Made by a program: the position numbers and the translations under genes. Below, one piece after another: positions 47,638 through 60,331 of a stretch of DNA of 64,000 nucleotides. The DNA comes from Pseudogymnoascus verrucosus (lineage: Eukaryota). The stretch is taken from the NCBI GenBank assembly GCA_001662655.1, contig KV460213.1. The stretch is one strand, 5' to 3'. Below the pieces are notes generated by a model, which was not told the DNA's origin, did not search any database, and worked only from the letters and a program-made list of their open reading frames with translations. Each line of letters opens with the position of its first letter. Position 1 is the stretch's first letter.

Positions 47638-50600
47638 ATGGCGGCCGCCACGGTGGATATAGGGTTCCTCTCTGGATACCTGAACCTACCACAACCGTCA
47701 CTAACAGAGGCTCTGGACTCACCAACCACGGAGCTTGTCAACGCTGTCCTTCTTGCTGTCAGCACCAAGGCTCGTGAACACCAGGAGCTTGAAGCAGATA
47801 AACACCAGGTCGATACAGAGTTGGAAGCGGCCATACTTGGCTCAGAAGCCAGAACGAAAGACCTACAGCAAACCGCGGATAAGGCCCTGAAGGAAGCAAA
47901 TGAACTCCGAGAGAAGCTTGCCGCTGAAGGTACAATTAACCTAACAACTCTTGCGAACAGCTAGCTAACGGACTTGATAGAAACCGCACGCGTTTCACTC
48001 GACACCGAGCTTCAACAACTTAAATCCTCGTCATTCACTTCATCATCAGAAGCCGACAGCCTGCGCGCTCGCATTACCAGTCTCGAAGGCGCCAACCGCG
48101 ATACCCTCTCAATTGTGGCATCAAAGAGTGCTGCAAACGATTCACTTGCACAAGATCTCCAGAAACAACACCAGAAGGGCCTGGAGCTAAGCCAACAAGT
48201 ATCGACGTTGCAGCAATCAGTACAAAACGCAAACTCAGCTCTGTCAAGCGCTAAATTCCGCGAGCAAAATGTGCAGCAGGAACTCGAGCAGGCCAAGAGG
48301 AACAACGAATGGCTTGACAACGAACTGAAGACGAAAAGCGCAGAGTCCTTGAAACTCCGCAAGGAGAAGGGTGCACGGATCGCAGAACTACAACGACAAA
48401 ACGAAGAAGTCACCGCCAATTTGGAAGCTGCGAAGCGCACCGAGACTGCACTGCGCACTCGACTTGAGGAGGTGCAGAAGAAGGCAGAGGAGTCCCTGGC
48501 TAAGGTTCAACAGCTCCAGGAAATTGCCGCAAACACAGAAGAAGGGTTCAGACAGGAGCTAGAGAGTTCAAGGCGTCTCGCCGAGCTTCAGACGCAGCGA
48601 ACCGAGACCCAAACCAACAGATTGAACGATCTAGAGGCGCAACTGGATAAAGCAAAGGATGATTTGGCGGCAGAGGTAGCAAGGCACCAACAAGATGCTG
48701 AGGCAGACTCCCAGGAGCGAGACAGGCTAGAGCACCGTATCGCAGAGCTCGAAGCTGAAGTTGATCGACTCGAGGCTGCTGCATCTGCCACATACCCTGC
48801 CTCTGTTCCAGGAACTCCAAGACAGGGCCTCAATGGCTTATTCCGAAGTGGTTCACCAGGTGTTTTTGCAACGCCTGGCTCGACAAGGAAGTCTACCATT
48901 ACTGCAACACAAGCAATTGAAGAGCTGTACAAGGTTAAGGGTCAATTAGCGACTGAACGACGAAGAACCGAGCGCCTTACAGCTGAAATGGAGGATATGA
49001 TGCAGGGTCTTGAGGCAAAGCAGCCTGAAATCGAGGAAATGCAACATGAGCACGAACGCCTCCAACAAGAGATCGTCGAGATGTCTAAATTCGTCGACGT
49101 GACCGGCAAGGAAAGGGATAGGGCGAAGAAGGATGCAAGAAAGGCTCTCAGCGAAGCCAAGACATCCCAGGCTGAGTTGGAGATCCTCCGACAGCAGTTG
49201 CGCGATCTCAGTGTCCAAGTAAAGATGCTCCTATGCGACTTGGATGCCCAGCAAAGAGGAATGGACTCCTTAACAGGGCCAGAGCGCATGCAGTTGGAGC
49301 GTCTGGCACGCGGCGAAGTCAGTGAAGACGCCCTTCAAGGTCTCACTGACACGGACAAATTTATCAGCCAACGCCTCACAGTGTTCCGAAGTGTAAGCGA
49401 TTTACAGGATAAGAACCTCGAGCTACTGACCCTCACAAGAGAGCTCGGCGCAAAGATGGAGAGTGAGGAGGCTCTTGCCGAGAAGCACAAGGCCTCGCAA
49501 GACCATGAGATGGTGCAGCAACTGGAAAGGAAGGTCGAGCAATGTAATGACGAGATCCGTTCCCTGGTTGCCAGGTCCGAAAGCTACATCAAGGAGAGAG
49601 ATATGTTCCGACGTATGTTGCAGCACCGTGGTCAGCTACCTCCGAACTCTGACCTCGAATCTGTTTTCGGCCAATCCGTCAATGGCGAGGTCGTAACCAG
49701 TGTCGAGACTCCAAACGCGAAGGACAGTGCCAATTACGCAACTCTGTTGCGCGAACTCCAGAGCCATTTCGACCAATACCGTGAGGAGCAGTCTATTGAT
49801 CGCCGAACTATGAAAGAGCAGGCAGGAAAACTTGCGTCGGAGAAGTCTGCACTGCAGTCTGAGATTGCCAAAATCAACAGCCAACTTACACTCGCCAACG
49901 AGCGTTACGAAATGCTTCACGCTAACTACGCCATGCTCCAAAACGAAAACGGTGAGCTTCAAAAGCGCTCTCAAGTTCTTTCTGAAAGCGCAGCGAAGCA
50001 GGATCTTAGGACCCAGCAGGTTGCGGAGGACTTGATCGAGGCAAAGGGACTTGTCGAGAGTATGAGAAACGACATTGCCAATCTCAAGGCCGAGAAGAAG
50101 CTGTGGACTGAAATTCAAGGACGTCTCAACGAAGACAACAACAATCTGATGAACGAACGAAGCCAGCTTAACACTCTGCTCGCCAAACAGCAAAACCTAC
50201 AAAACGAACGCGAACTGACAGAATCCGAGTCGAGACGTAGATTGCAGACGCAACTCGAGACTCTCGAGTCGGAGCTTTCTGCGACAAAACGGAAACTGAG
50301 CGATGAAGTCGAGGACAACAAGAAGGCTCAATTACGGAAAGAATACGACACTCAACAAAGCCAGAAGCGCATCGACGAGCTTGCTACCTCATTAAGCACG
50401 ATCCGCGAGGAGTTGGTTGCAGCAAAAACCACTCGCGATCACCTTCAAACGCGCGTTGATGAGCTGACAATTGAGCTGAAGAGCGCTGAGGAGCGTGTTG
50501 AGGTCCTTCAACCGAGACCAACCCCGCGACCGGGAGCTAACGGTACAACCGCTGGTGACGAGCAGGCAGAGCAGGATGCCATCAGCAGAGAGCAAGAGTT

Positions 50601-53600
50601 GGGCATCGAAGTTTCAGAACTTAAGAGAGATCTCGAATTGGCGAAATCGGAGCTTGAGAACGCAAAGACCCAGACCGAACAATACAAGGGCATTAGCCAG
50701 TCTTCAGAAGAGGACCTCCAGAAGTTCCAAGAATCCCAAGAGGAGTATCAACAGGAGATGGACAAGATTATCGAGGAGAAGGATGCCAAGATCCGAGAAT
50801 TGCAGCAGCGTGTTGATGATCTCTCTACTGAGTTGAGCACCACGGATACTGAGCTCAACAATCTTCGCAACGAGAAGGCTGAGACCGCCCGCCGTACTGC
50901 GGAGGATAAGGCTGTATTGGAAGCGGAGATTACGCGGTTGAAGGACGAGGATGAGCGACACACTCTCGCCTTGCAGTTCCACCAGCAAGACTTGCGAGCC
51001 CAGGCGGAGATTGCGACAAAGGCACAGCAAGACTACGAAAACGAACTTGTTAAGCATGCCGATGCCGCCCGACTTCTACAGGAATTGCGCACTAGTTACA
51101 ATGTGCTGAAGTCAGAGTCAGCAGGCCTCAAATCTGAGGCAGAATCAGCAAAGGTGACTCTGAGCCAAAGTCAGGCCTCATGGGAGGAGCGACGAAACCA
51201 ATTTGAGAAGGAGCTCCAGGAGCTGCGCCGCCGGAAGGACGATATTTCTTCCCAAAACACAATTCTCTTGCAGCAGTTCGAAAGCGTTAGTGCGCAAGTC
51301 ACGGCTCTGCAACAAAGCCGCGCTGCCGCAGCTGAAAATGGCGACGCGGAAACTGCAGAGGCGACAGCGACTTCAGATAAGACAGTTGAAGGCCTCCGTG
51401 AGCTCATCACATACCTTAGACGTGACAAGGAAATCGTCGATGTACAATACGAGCTTTCCATCCAAGAATCTAAGCGCCTCAAGCAGCAATTCGACTATGC
51501 CCAATCCCAACTCGACGAAGCCAGACTCAAGTTGGATCAGGAAAGGCGTGCCCAAGCCGATGGGTCCCGCAGCAACTTGGCTCATAAAGACCTCATGGAG
51601 AAGATTAACGAGCTTAACCTCTTCCGCGAGAGTAGCATTACTCTCCGCAATGAGGCCCGACAAGCCCAAGCCCAACTGGCAGACAAGACAAAGCAAGTCG
51701 AGGAGCTTATGGAGAAGATCCAGCCCCTGGAGAACAAGGTCCGGGAGCTTGAGAATGCCAAGGAGATGCAAGATGGCGAGGTGAAGCTCTTACAAGAAGA
51801 CCGTGACCGCTGGCAGAAGAGGAACCAAGAGATCCTCTCGAAGTACGACCGTATCGACCCCGCTGAGATGGAGCAGTTGAAGGCTTCGCTGGCTTCGCTT
51901 CAGGCTGAGCGTGATGCACTTACAACCGACCAACAGCCACTTCAGGAGAAGGTGCAGACGTTGGAGGGCGAGAAGGCGCAGTGGCAGGTGTCGCGCCAGA
52001 AGCTGATCGAACAGGCGAAGGAGCGTTCGCGTGTACTTACTAAGGAGAAGAACGAGCGAGTTGCCGAACGCACTGCTGAGAGAGATGCTGCGATTCAGGA
52101 GAAGGAGGCGCTCGAACAGCAGCTGTCAACCGTCCAACAGCAACTGAACACTTCCATACAGGAGAGACAGGCTCTGGAGGAGCAGTTGACACGCATGAAA
52201 GCCGAGAGTGAAGCTAACAAGGAGGATGCCACGGCAGCACCCACTACTGATGCCACTGACAGCGCAAACCAGCCGCAGGTTGCTACTGAACAGAATGCTG
52301 CGGTTGACCAACAACTCGACGCGGTTCGCAAAGAGCTTGAGGTTGCAAGGAAAGAGAAGGAAGACGTCGAAGCACAACTTGCAAATATCCGCCAAGAACT
52401 TGAGACCGCTCGAACTGAAAGAGATCAAGCCGCAGCTAGAGCAGCTCAAGCCGAAGCAGCAAAGCCTGCACCGCAAGCCGATACTTCAATGGATAGTACA
52501 GAGGAAGGCCAGGTGGATGAAACTGCTCCATCAAAGCCCACCGACGATGAACGCAAAGCCCTTGAAGAACGCACTCTTGCTGCCGAAACCAGGCTTCAGC
52601 AACTCGAGGAGTCTGTCGAAGCTACACTCAAGCAGAGATCCGAGAAGATGAAGACAGCACTCAACAAGAAGCTCGCCGAATCAAGAGACACTACCAAGGC
52701 TGCTCTCGAAGCGGAATATGCTCTCAAACTTGAGCAAGAAAGAAAAATATGGCTCGCCGAACAAGGCGCTACTGAGCCAAAGGTGCCGGCCACTCCGAAG
52801 ACTGAAAGTGCTCCAGAGGCTGCACCGCCAGCTACTCCCTCAACACCATCGGCAAAACCTCCTACTCCAATGGGCGAACTCACCAACCTCACCGATGAAC
52901 AAGTGCGGACTCTTCTCACCACAAACGCCACACTGAAGAATATTTTCACTGGAAACATCAGGAAAAAGATTGAAGAGCAGACCAAGAAATTGAAGGAAGA
53001 GTTCGAGAAGGAGAAGGAAGAGGTTGTGAAGAAGGCTGATGAAGCAAAGACTAAGGCTGTAATCATGGAGGGCAAAAAATCAGAGCTAAAAATCAACTTG
53101 ACCAACAACAAGGTTAAGATGGCTGCAGCTAAACTGGAGGTCGTCGAGAAAGCTGCTACTGACACGCCTGACAAGCCTGTTGGCGAAGTTTGGGAGATTG
53201 CCAAGAACGCGAAGCCGCCGCCCAATGTCGTCCCTGCCCCGGCACCGACTCCAGCCGCTGGCTCTGCTATCCCTACTCCAGGTGCCAAACCTGAGGGAGC
53301 TCCAGCCGCGTCCGGCATTCGAGCACCGTCTGTTTCTGTTCCAGGAACATCGCAAGGCTCGCGTCCATCGACCCCCTCTACCCAACAACCCCAGGCAGCG
53401 CCGGCAGCTACGACTCCACAAGGCCCGGCTCAAGCCAATACTGCTCAGGCACAAGGTTCAAACATACCTGCTGTAAGTCTTACTTCTACTATATCCCGGT
53501 CTGGTCCTAAACTGACCTCTGTCCAGCCGTCTGGAATACCATCAGCACCAGGAGGGCCCCGTACTGGTCTTCCTGTACCTAGAGGCGGCGGCGCTCCACG

Positions 53601-53805
53601 CGGAAGAGGTGCGTACCAAGCGCCTCGCGGACAGAGCGGCATTGGGCGCGGGAGAGGTGGAGGTCAGAACCAAAGAGGCGGAATGAACGCTGGTGCTCCA
53701 ACATTTGCTCCAAATGCTGGAACCAAGCGACCGCATGACGATGGTGGAGGCGTAGGACAGCAGAAGCGGATGAGAGGTGGTGGTGGCGGTGGTGGTGGAC
53801 AATAA
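47638..53805 (+). CDS. MLP1: Nuclear basket coiled-coil protein Mlp1/Tpr (introns 47930-47980 and 53473-53526)
   Basis: About 2000 aa coiled coil with ISQRLTVF, KERDMFRRML, AQQDYENELVKHA, YLRRDKEIVDVQYE, LNLFRESSITLR; RGG-rich basic C-terminal tail. Confidence 0.93.
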
Positions 53806-54150
53806 GGGTGATTTGCAATGGTAATATGGAGAAGGGGGGATGGTATTTGGAAGGAAACTGGACTTGACGTGCATTTCATTTGTTGCTATGTATTATATTG
53901 TGTTGCATAGTTTACGTGGGCTGGCTGGCTATATTGAGCATTGGCTTAGGCTCAGGCGTATGAATGGGGAGGGGAAGCTTTGGTTGGGACTGAGAAAATG
54001 GAGCCCACGGTGGTGGATGGAAAATAAATACAATTAAGGACTTCAAAGCACTTCTGATCGAATTTGAGCTGAATAATCGCCCTTCTTATATATAACCTGG
54101 GTATACCGAACCTCGCCCATCCACCATACATGCACCGCCTAACATGCTGT

Positions 54151-54726
54151 TTACATGAATTTCTCAGGCTTGCTGGTCACCAGCTTCCTCAACACCTCCA
54201 CATGCCTCCTTGTACTCTTTAACTTCGCCTCATCGCTTTCAGTTTTATCAATCCTTCGCAGCCCTTCACCGAACAACACTGTGTAGTCTTCTAGAACCTC
54301 GCCAGCTGCGACTTCGCAGAACGCTCCGATACGGCAGAATTTCCCTATCTTGGCCCCAGCACCGACGCGTGTGTTCGCCTCAATGTGTGTACCGTCCCCA
54401 ACGTGAGAAGCCTCGACGACCGCACCAATGTCTATTGTGACGTTATCGCCTATGGTGACGCCCGGGAACTTGGGGTCTGCGGCTGCTTTTGGGACGGAGA
54501 GTAGGCCGATCGAGGCTCGTTCGGATATTATGCACATTGAGCCGATGGAAACGGGTCCATGAGTGGAGATAAGGCGCGCGCGGGGTTGGATAATCGAGTA
54601 GCTGCGTATTAAGATGGGCTGGGTCCCTATGAGGACGGCGATGTCGGAAATGGTTATCGATGAGGAGAAGGAGACGGGTGGCTTTGGGGCGGAAGAGCCT
54701 GGTGCAGCGGGGCGCTTGGTTGACAT
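54151..54726 (-). CDS. DCTN6: Dynactin p27-like left-handed beta-helix protein
   Basis: Hexapeptide repeats (IIQPRARL..GPVSIGSMCIISER, VTIGDNVTIDIGAVVEA, IGKFCRIG) and a short C-terminal helix. Confidence 0.75.
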   Translation of the reverse strand: MSTKRPAAPGSSAPKPPVSFSSSITISDIAVLIGTQPILIRSYSIIQPRARLISTHGPVSIGSMCIISERASIGLLSVPKAAADPKFPGVTIGDNVTIDIGAVVEASHVGDGTHIEANTRVGAGAKIGKFCRIGAFCEVAAGEVLEDYTVLFGEGLRRIDKTESDEAKLKSTRRHVEVLRKLVTSKPEKFM

Positions 54727-55284
54727 TATGGCGGGGAGAACGAGGAATCGAAGCCCTTGAGAGGTGGTATAACCGTAACAGCAGGTGCAATTCGCAGGAC
54801 CTGGGAGTTCTGAAGTATGAGAGTTGCTTGATAGCTTGCTATGTGTTCATTGTGGTAATTCGTGGGAAGGTCCTTCGTTCTCTGTGGTGGATGCTCTCGC
54901 GAGCCCCTAGAAACTGATACCGGGGGAAGTGAAGTGAGTGTTGTTGTAAATATTTTTATTGGGGAATTTCTAGTATATAGAATAAACAGGTAGGTTATTG
55001 TGTCAATGAAACAGAGAGATGTGGTTTACCTTCAATATTTTGTTCCCAAAATACTCTACAGACCGAAAGTCGACGTAGGTGACTGTAATCCTGGTAAATG
55101 TCGGTTGATGTTGTGAGGGTTGAGCGCGCTACCACCGTAGCCGCACCAGCCAATCATGGAAGCGGATTATCAATGAAGCTCGAATTCCAATCGAACCTCA
55201 ATTTGTACACCAACATCACGGATCCGCTCCTCTCACCACAACCAACGTGCAGTACGCAGTTGAGCGCAACCCATGATCAGCACG

Positions 55285-56867
55285 ATGTTGTCGCGAAACG
55301 CCACCTCACCCGCGCTCACGTCAATTGCGTCGCGAGTTCTGCCAGGAGCAGCCTCTGCGGGGGCTCGTCTTGGTGGTCCGGGTGCGTCCGCAGCACAGCA
55401 ACAAACAAGAGGATTGGCAACTGTCCAGGATGCTCCAGCACCGAAGAGGATATATGGAGGTTTGAGAGATCAGGACCGCATCTTCCAGAACTTGTACAGC
55501 CACCACGGCCCAGATCTCGCCAGCGCGAAGAAGTACGGTGATTGGCACAAGACGAAGGAGATCTTGGATAAAGGTCATGACTGGGTATGTCAATCTTGCT
55601 CCAAAGTGCTATCTGTTTGTATCCTAATGCTGTACAGATTATTTCCGAGGTCAAGGCTTCTGGTCTTAGAGGACGTGGCGGTGCCGGCTTCCCGTCAGGG
55701 TTGAAATGGTCGTTCATGAACTTCAAGGGATGGGAGAACGACAACAAGCCACGTTATCTGGTTGTCAATGCAGATGAGGGCGAGCCTGGAACCTGCAAGG
55801 ACAGAGAAATTATGCGAAAAGACCCACACAAGCTCCTCGAGGGATGTTTAGTTGCTGGCCGCGCCATGAACTGCTCCGCCGCCTACATCTACATCCGCGG
55901 CGAGTTCATTCACGAAGCTGCTGTTTTGCAGAATGCTATCCAGGAGGCCTACAAGGATGGACTGATTGGCAAGAACGCTTGCAACAGTGGATACGACTTC
56001 GATATCTACTTGCACCGCGGAATGGGCGCCTACGTTTGTGGAGAGGAGACTTCTCTTATCGAGTCCCTCGAGGGCAAGCCAGGAAAGCCTCGTCTAAAGC
56101 CCCCGTTCCCAGCATCCGTCGGACTTTTCGGATGCCCATCCACTGTCGCCAACGTCGAGACTATTGCCGTCGCACCTACGATCTGCAGAAGAGGAGGTGA
56201 TTGGTTCGCCGGATTCGGCAGAGAGCGCAACGCTGGCACCAAGCTTTTCTGTATCTCTGGTCATGTCAACAACCCTTGCACAGTCGAGGAGGAGATGTCC
56301 ATCCCTCTGCGCGAGCTGATTGACAAGCACTGTGGCGGTGTTCGTGGCGGTTGGGATAACCTCAAGGCCGTTATTCCCGGTGGCTCATCCACACCCATCC
56401 TGCCAAAATCCATCTGTGACGACCAAATAATGGACTTCGATGGCCTGAAGGACAGCCAATCTGGTCTCGGTACCGCAGCAGTCATTGTTATGGATAAGAG
56501 CACCGATGTTGTCCGTGCCATCTCCAGACTCTCGCACTTCTACCGCCACGAGTCCTGTGGCCAGTGCACCCCCTGCCGTGAGGGCAGCAAATGGACCGAG
56601 CAGATCATGCAGCGCTTCGAGAAGGGACAAGGAAGAGAGCGTGAGATTGACATGCTTCAGGAGCTTACCAAGCAAGTCGAGGGCCACACCATCTGCGCTC
56701 TTGGAGAGGCGTTCGCTTGGCCCATCCAGGGTCTCATTCGTCACTTCCGCCCCGAGCTAGAGGCACGCATGCAAAAGTTCGCGGAAGAGAACGGTGGTGC
56801 CGCCTTGGCTGGTGGATGGCAACACGACTCGAAGGCTCAGGGCAAGTTGGTGGCACCCGGCCAGTAA
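55285..56867 (+). CDS. nuo-51: NADH:ubiquinone oxidoreductase 51-kDa flavoprotein subunit (intron 55585-55637)
   Basis: Mitochondrial presequence; [41 protein letters not shown]; 4Fe-4S motif [18 protein letters not shown]. Alternative ATG at 55273. Confidence 0.97.
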
Positions 56868-57361
56868 GAAGTGGCGCGGGGTAGTTGTATATATGGACTC
56901 TCATTGCTATTGTATAGAGTTCAATTTGGCGTTTCTTTGCATTATGGTTGTAGAGTTGAGTCAGTTTAGTGGGGTACAGATAAAACTATTAAAATCATAT
57001 ATCGATTTGCATCATTGCTTGCGCCGTGAAGACAGACTTTTAGTTTTTACATTTGATTTGCTATTTGAAGTGCCTCTTCAAGCTATGTTGTACAATTGCA
57101 TTCATGATCCAGCGCCGTCTATGCCATTCCCGCTCATACTCCGATATGTATACACCAATCAACCGTGCCATCACCCTCAGATATCCAGTCTAGAGAAAGG
57201 TATACTGTCAGCGATTCATTGTACATGCAACCTCAGCCACTCCTCAATCCAGGCCGATCCCAAATGCTCTTCCAACTCCAGCCCGTCGCCTCTGAACCTC
57301 CTGGTATCAATCTCTTTCCATCATCCGCCTCCAAAATAGCACAGCTCTAGTCCGCCCTATT

Positions 57362-57685
57362 TCACTCCTTCCCTGCCTCATATTCTTCCGGCAATTCAAA
57401 CCCAACCCTCCTTGCCGTCAACTTGACCCTCTCTTCCTCATCCATATTCATCCCCGGGTTGTAGCGCTCGAGTAGCGTCGCATACTGCCTTTGTGCCTTC
57501 AGGTACTGCAGATACTGCTGCGCGTGGTCCACTGCGACGTTTTGTGGCGATCCGGACGGCGCAGATGAGAATGCTGTGCGGATGCGGTTCTGGACAGGCG
57601 ATCCCTTGAGGCGACGGGACGGGAGCTCACGGAGGAAGGAGCGGTAGAGGGCGCGGAGGTGCGCGGGGGCGACAGTGGAGGACAT
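57362..57685 (-). CDS. FMC1: Mitochondrial F1 ATP synthase assembly factor Fmc1 (LYR family)
   Basis: LYRSFLREL, and YLKAQRQYATLLERYNPG..EEERVKLTARRVG. Confidence 0.9.
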   Translation of the reverse strand: MSSTVAPAHLRALYRSFLRELPSRRLKGSPVQNRIRTAFSSAPSGSPQNVAVDHAQQYLQYLKAQRQYATLLERYNPGMNMDEEERVKLTARRVGFELPEEYEAGKE

Positions 57686-57949
57686 CGTGTGTTGGATTTA
57701 TGAGAGGATAATTGAGTTGATCGGATGTGTTGAGAGGGGTTGTTCGTGGTTTCTTGAGTCGTGGTCGTGGATGATGGAAATATTGGGTGGCTACGGCAAA
57801 ACGTCGGGAAGGCGGCGCATCGGTCGAAATTATATTACACGGCTGCAAGGCTGAGGATCTGTACATTTGCAACTGCACCACTTCCAACAATGCGAACAGA
57901 CACCGGAAACTGCGCTTAATCTACGAATTTCAATCGCCTATACTTACTA

Positions 57950-59191
57950 ATGACGGGCTCTCTGCCTATGAGATGCCTGCGGTCGGGATCAAGAAGCGTC
58001 TTTGGGCGATATGTGGCGCAGAGCGAAGCTACGAGCAATGCGGCAACCTTGGGAGTAAGAGGACTCCGAACAAGACGCCGAGTTGGGAAAACAACAACAA
58101 ATGCAGAGGAAGTGGTTGCGGATAGCCCGAAGACACCACCCGATGTAGGACCTGAGGTTATATCTTGGGACGAGATAGCCGCGAAGATTGAAGCCTTAGC
58201 AACCCAACGACTTCCGAATTCACAGTCCAAAAAGACTAAACCTCCCAAGCCAGCAGGCAATAAACAGAAGCCATCAGTGTCATCTCCAGCAGAGAAATCT
58301 TCCCCGAAACAGGCAGCAACATCACAACCGCAACAGGCGGGCCCTCCACCCAAGTCCCGCGACTACCTCAAGTTACCATCCAACTCTCTCTCCGAACACT
58401 GGGACACCCTTCCTCCCTCACAAGAGCAGCTTGTCCATGCCGAGAAATTCTTCCGCCAGAGGCCCCCGCGGCCATTCGTCTGGTCAGCCCCGAAATTCCA
58501 CTCCATGGCTTTCGGTTCCTCTCCCGAAGTCTGTTTCCTGGGTCGCTCCAACGTCGGGAAATCATCTTTACTGAATTCGCTTTTTGGCGGCAACATCGCA
58601 AACGTGAGTTCGAAGCCTGGGCGCACAAAGATGATGAACGCATTCAATGTGGGCGATAACACGGATCCATTGAAGAACCTGGTAGTGCTTGACATGCCAG
58701 GGTATGGAAAGGGGGGACACGCCGACTGGGGGAAGGAGGTGCTGAAGTATCTAGGCAAGCGGAAGGAGTTAAAGCGCGCGTTTATGCTTGTCGATGCCGA
58801 AGTGGGACTAAAGAAAACGGACGAGCAGCTCCTGGCTATCTTTAGAAAGGAGGAGATTCCTCACCAGATCGTGCTCAGCAAAGTCGACAAGCTACTATTC
58901 CCGAAGAACCGGAAACCCAGTGAGGGGGCACTAGAGAGCAGAATGCAGGTTCTAAAACGGGTGATGGAGACGACCAGACGCACCACCCAGCCAAATCCAG
59001 AGGATATGAGTGGTGCGCTGGGCGAAATCATTGGATGCTGTTCAGAGAGGCCGTTTGGCCAAGTTCTGGGTATCAATGAGGTTAGACATGCCATGCTGCA
59101 GGCAGCTGGCTTGGAGAAGAAGATGGATAGGAAGCTGATTGCCGAGACCGAAATTGTGTCCCACGACGATATCTTTGGAAAAGATCCTTGA
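57950..59191 (+). CDS. EngB/YihA-family GTPase, probably mitochondrial (Mrx8-like)
   Basis: G1 GRSNVGKSS, G2 SSKPGRT, G3 DMPGYG, G4 SKVD; Arg-rich N-terminal presequence. Confidence 0.88.
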   Translation: MTGSLPMRCLRSGSRSVFGRYVAQSEATSNAATLGVRGLRTRRRVGKTTTNAEEVVADSPKTPPDVGPEVISWDEIAAKIEALATQRLPNSQSKKTKPPKPAGNKQKPSVSSPAEKSSPKQAATSQPQQAGPPPKSRDYLKLPSNSLSEHWDTLPPSQEQLVHAEKFFRQRPPRPFVWSAPKFHSMAFGSSPEVCFLGRSNVGKSSLLNSLFGGNIANVSSKPGRTKMMNAFNVGDNTDPLKNLVVLDMPGYGKGGHADWGKEVLKYLGKRKELKRAFMLVDAEVGLKKTDEQLLAIFRKEEIPHQIVLSKVDKLLFPKNRKPSEGALESRMQVLKRVMETTRRTTQPNPEDMSGALGEIIGCCSERPFGQVLGINEVRHAMLQAAGLEKKMDRKLIAETEIVSHDDIFGKDP

Positions 59192-59783
59192 GAGATGCAG
59201 CGGGATACCTGCTGGTAGTGGACTGAAGGGGACAATGAGGTTGATGGGACACGCTGCAAGTAGTGAGCCCTCCCAGACCACCGATTGTTCCACGGCTGCT
59301 TATTCACCTCTCCGAGAGCAACGGGGCATCTAAAGGATGGTGCTACAAGCCGAACATATATGGCGAGGGCAGAATTATCGATATATGAGAGCAGCAAATA
59401 CATAGTCGGAAGGCTGGACTGAGCGAATATATGCCAGATAGCCCTGGTGTGTCTGTCAAGAGGGGAGCACGGCTGATGGATGGGATGTATAAATATGTAA
59501 CGATAGGATATATAAGTAAAGGTGCAGCAGTGTAAGAATAGCTACAAGCGTAATTTATACTTAACAAGATACATCATGTCCAGTTGGAAATGTGCACTGT
59601 CATTTATCTATCTATGGTGATGAGGTGAGAATGGACCACATCCACTGTGATTGGCATAACGATGTAGAATATTGCAAAAGAACAACATGATTGTAACCAA
59701 ACTGTACAGCACTATTCGTTATACAATTATCTTCAATCATATACATATCATACCTCTAAAAAAAAGCCAAAAAAAGAAGATTG

Positions 59784-59877
59784 AGGTCGTACCCGGGATC
59801 GAACCGGGATCTCAAGAAGACATGTGATGACTGAACATCCTCAAAATCTCACGTGCTAACCATTACACTATACAACC
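59784..59877 (-). tRNA. tRNA-Gln(TTG) with a 22-nt intron (59819-59840)
   Basis: Acceptor stem GGTTGTA/TACGACC, A box TAGTGTAATGG, anticodon TTG at 59844-59842, B box GGTTCGATCC, discriminator T, downstream oligo-T Pol III terminator. Confidence 0.93.
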
Positions 59878-60331
59878 TTGTTTAGGGGCTAATGTTCGCT
59901 AATCCGGTAAATAAGAGACACACCTTTTTCGCGCTAGTACCAACGCTAGCACTATTTAGCAATCTCCACATCTATCACTACATATGAGTTGCACACGAGG
60001 CCATTCACATTAACTCACGAGATAATGCAGTGGGTTTAGTTGTACCGCTCTGAAATGCTGATTTCTCATACATCATCAGATGCAGATGCGATGATTCCTA
60101 TCTAGACTATACTACATACAAACAATGCGTGCTCTTCGCAGCTGCCCCAGTCGAGTCAGTGCCTGGAGCAAATGCTACCTGGTCGAATAACGCAACGATG
60201 CTCTTTATAATCCCCGGTTCTCCCTGATTATTTTTTCCCTTCCATTCATTCATCCCTTTACATATGCCCATGCATCTTTATCCTCCTCCCAATATTCCAT
60301 ATTCCCAATCTACCCCATTATTCGGCCAGTC

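Noticed and set aside
48012..53879. Many antisense and alternative-frame ORFs over MLP1 and other long genes
   Set aside because: Shadow ORFs caused by codon bias of the real genes.
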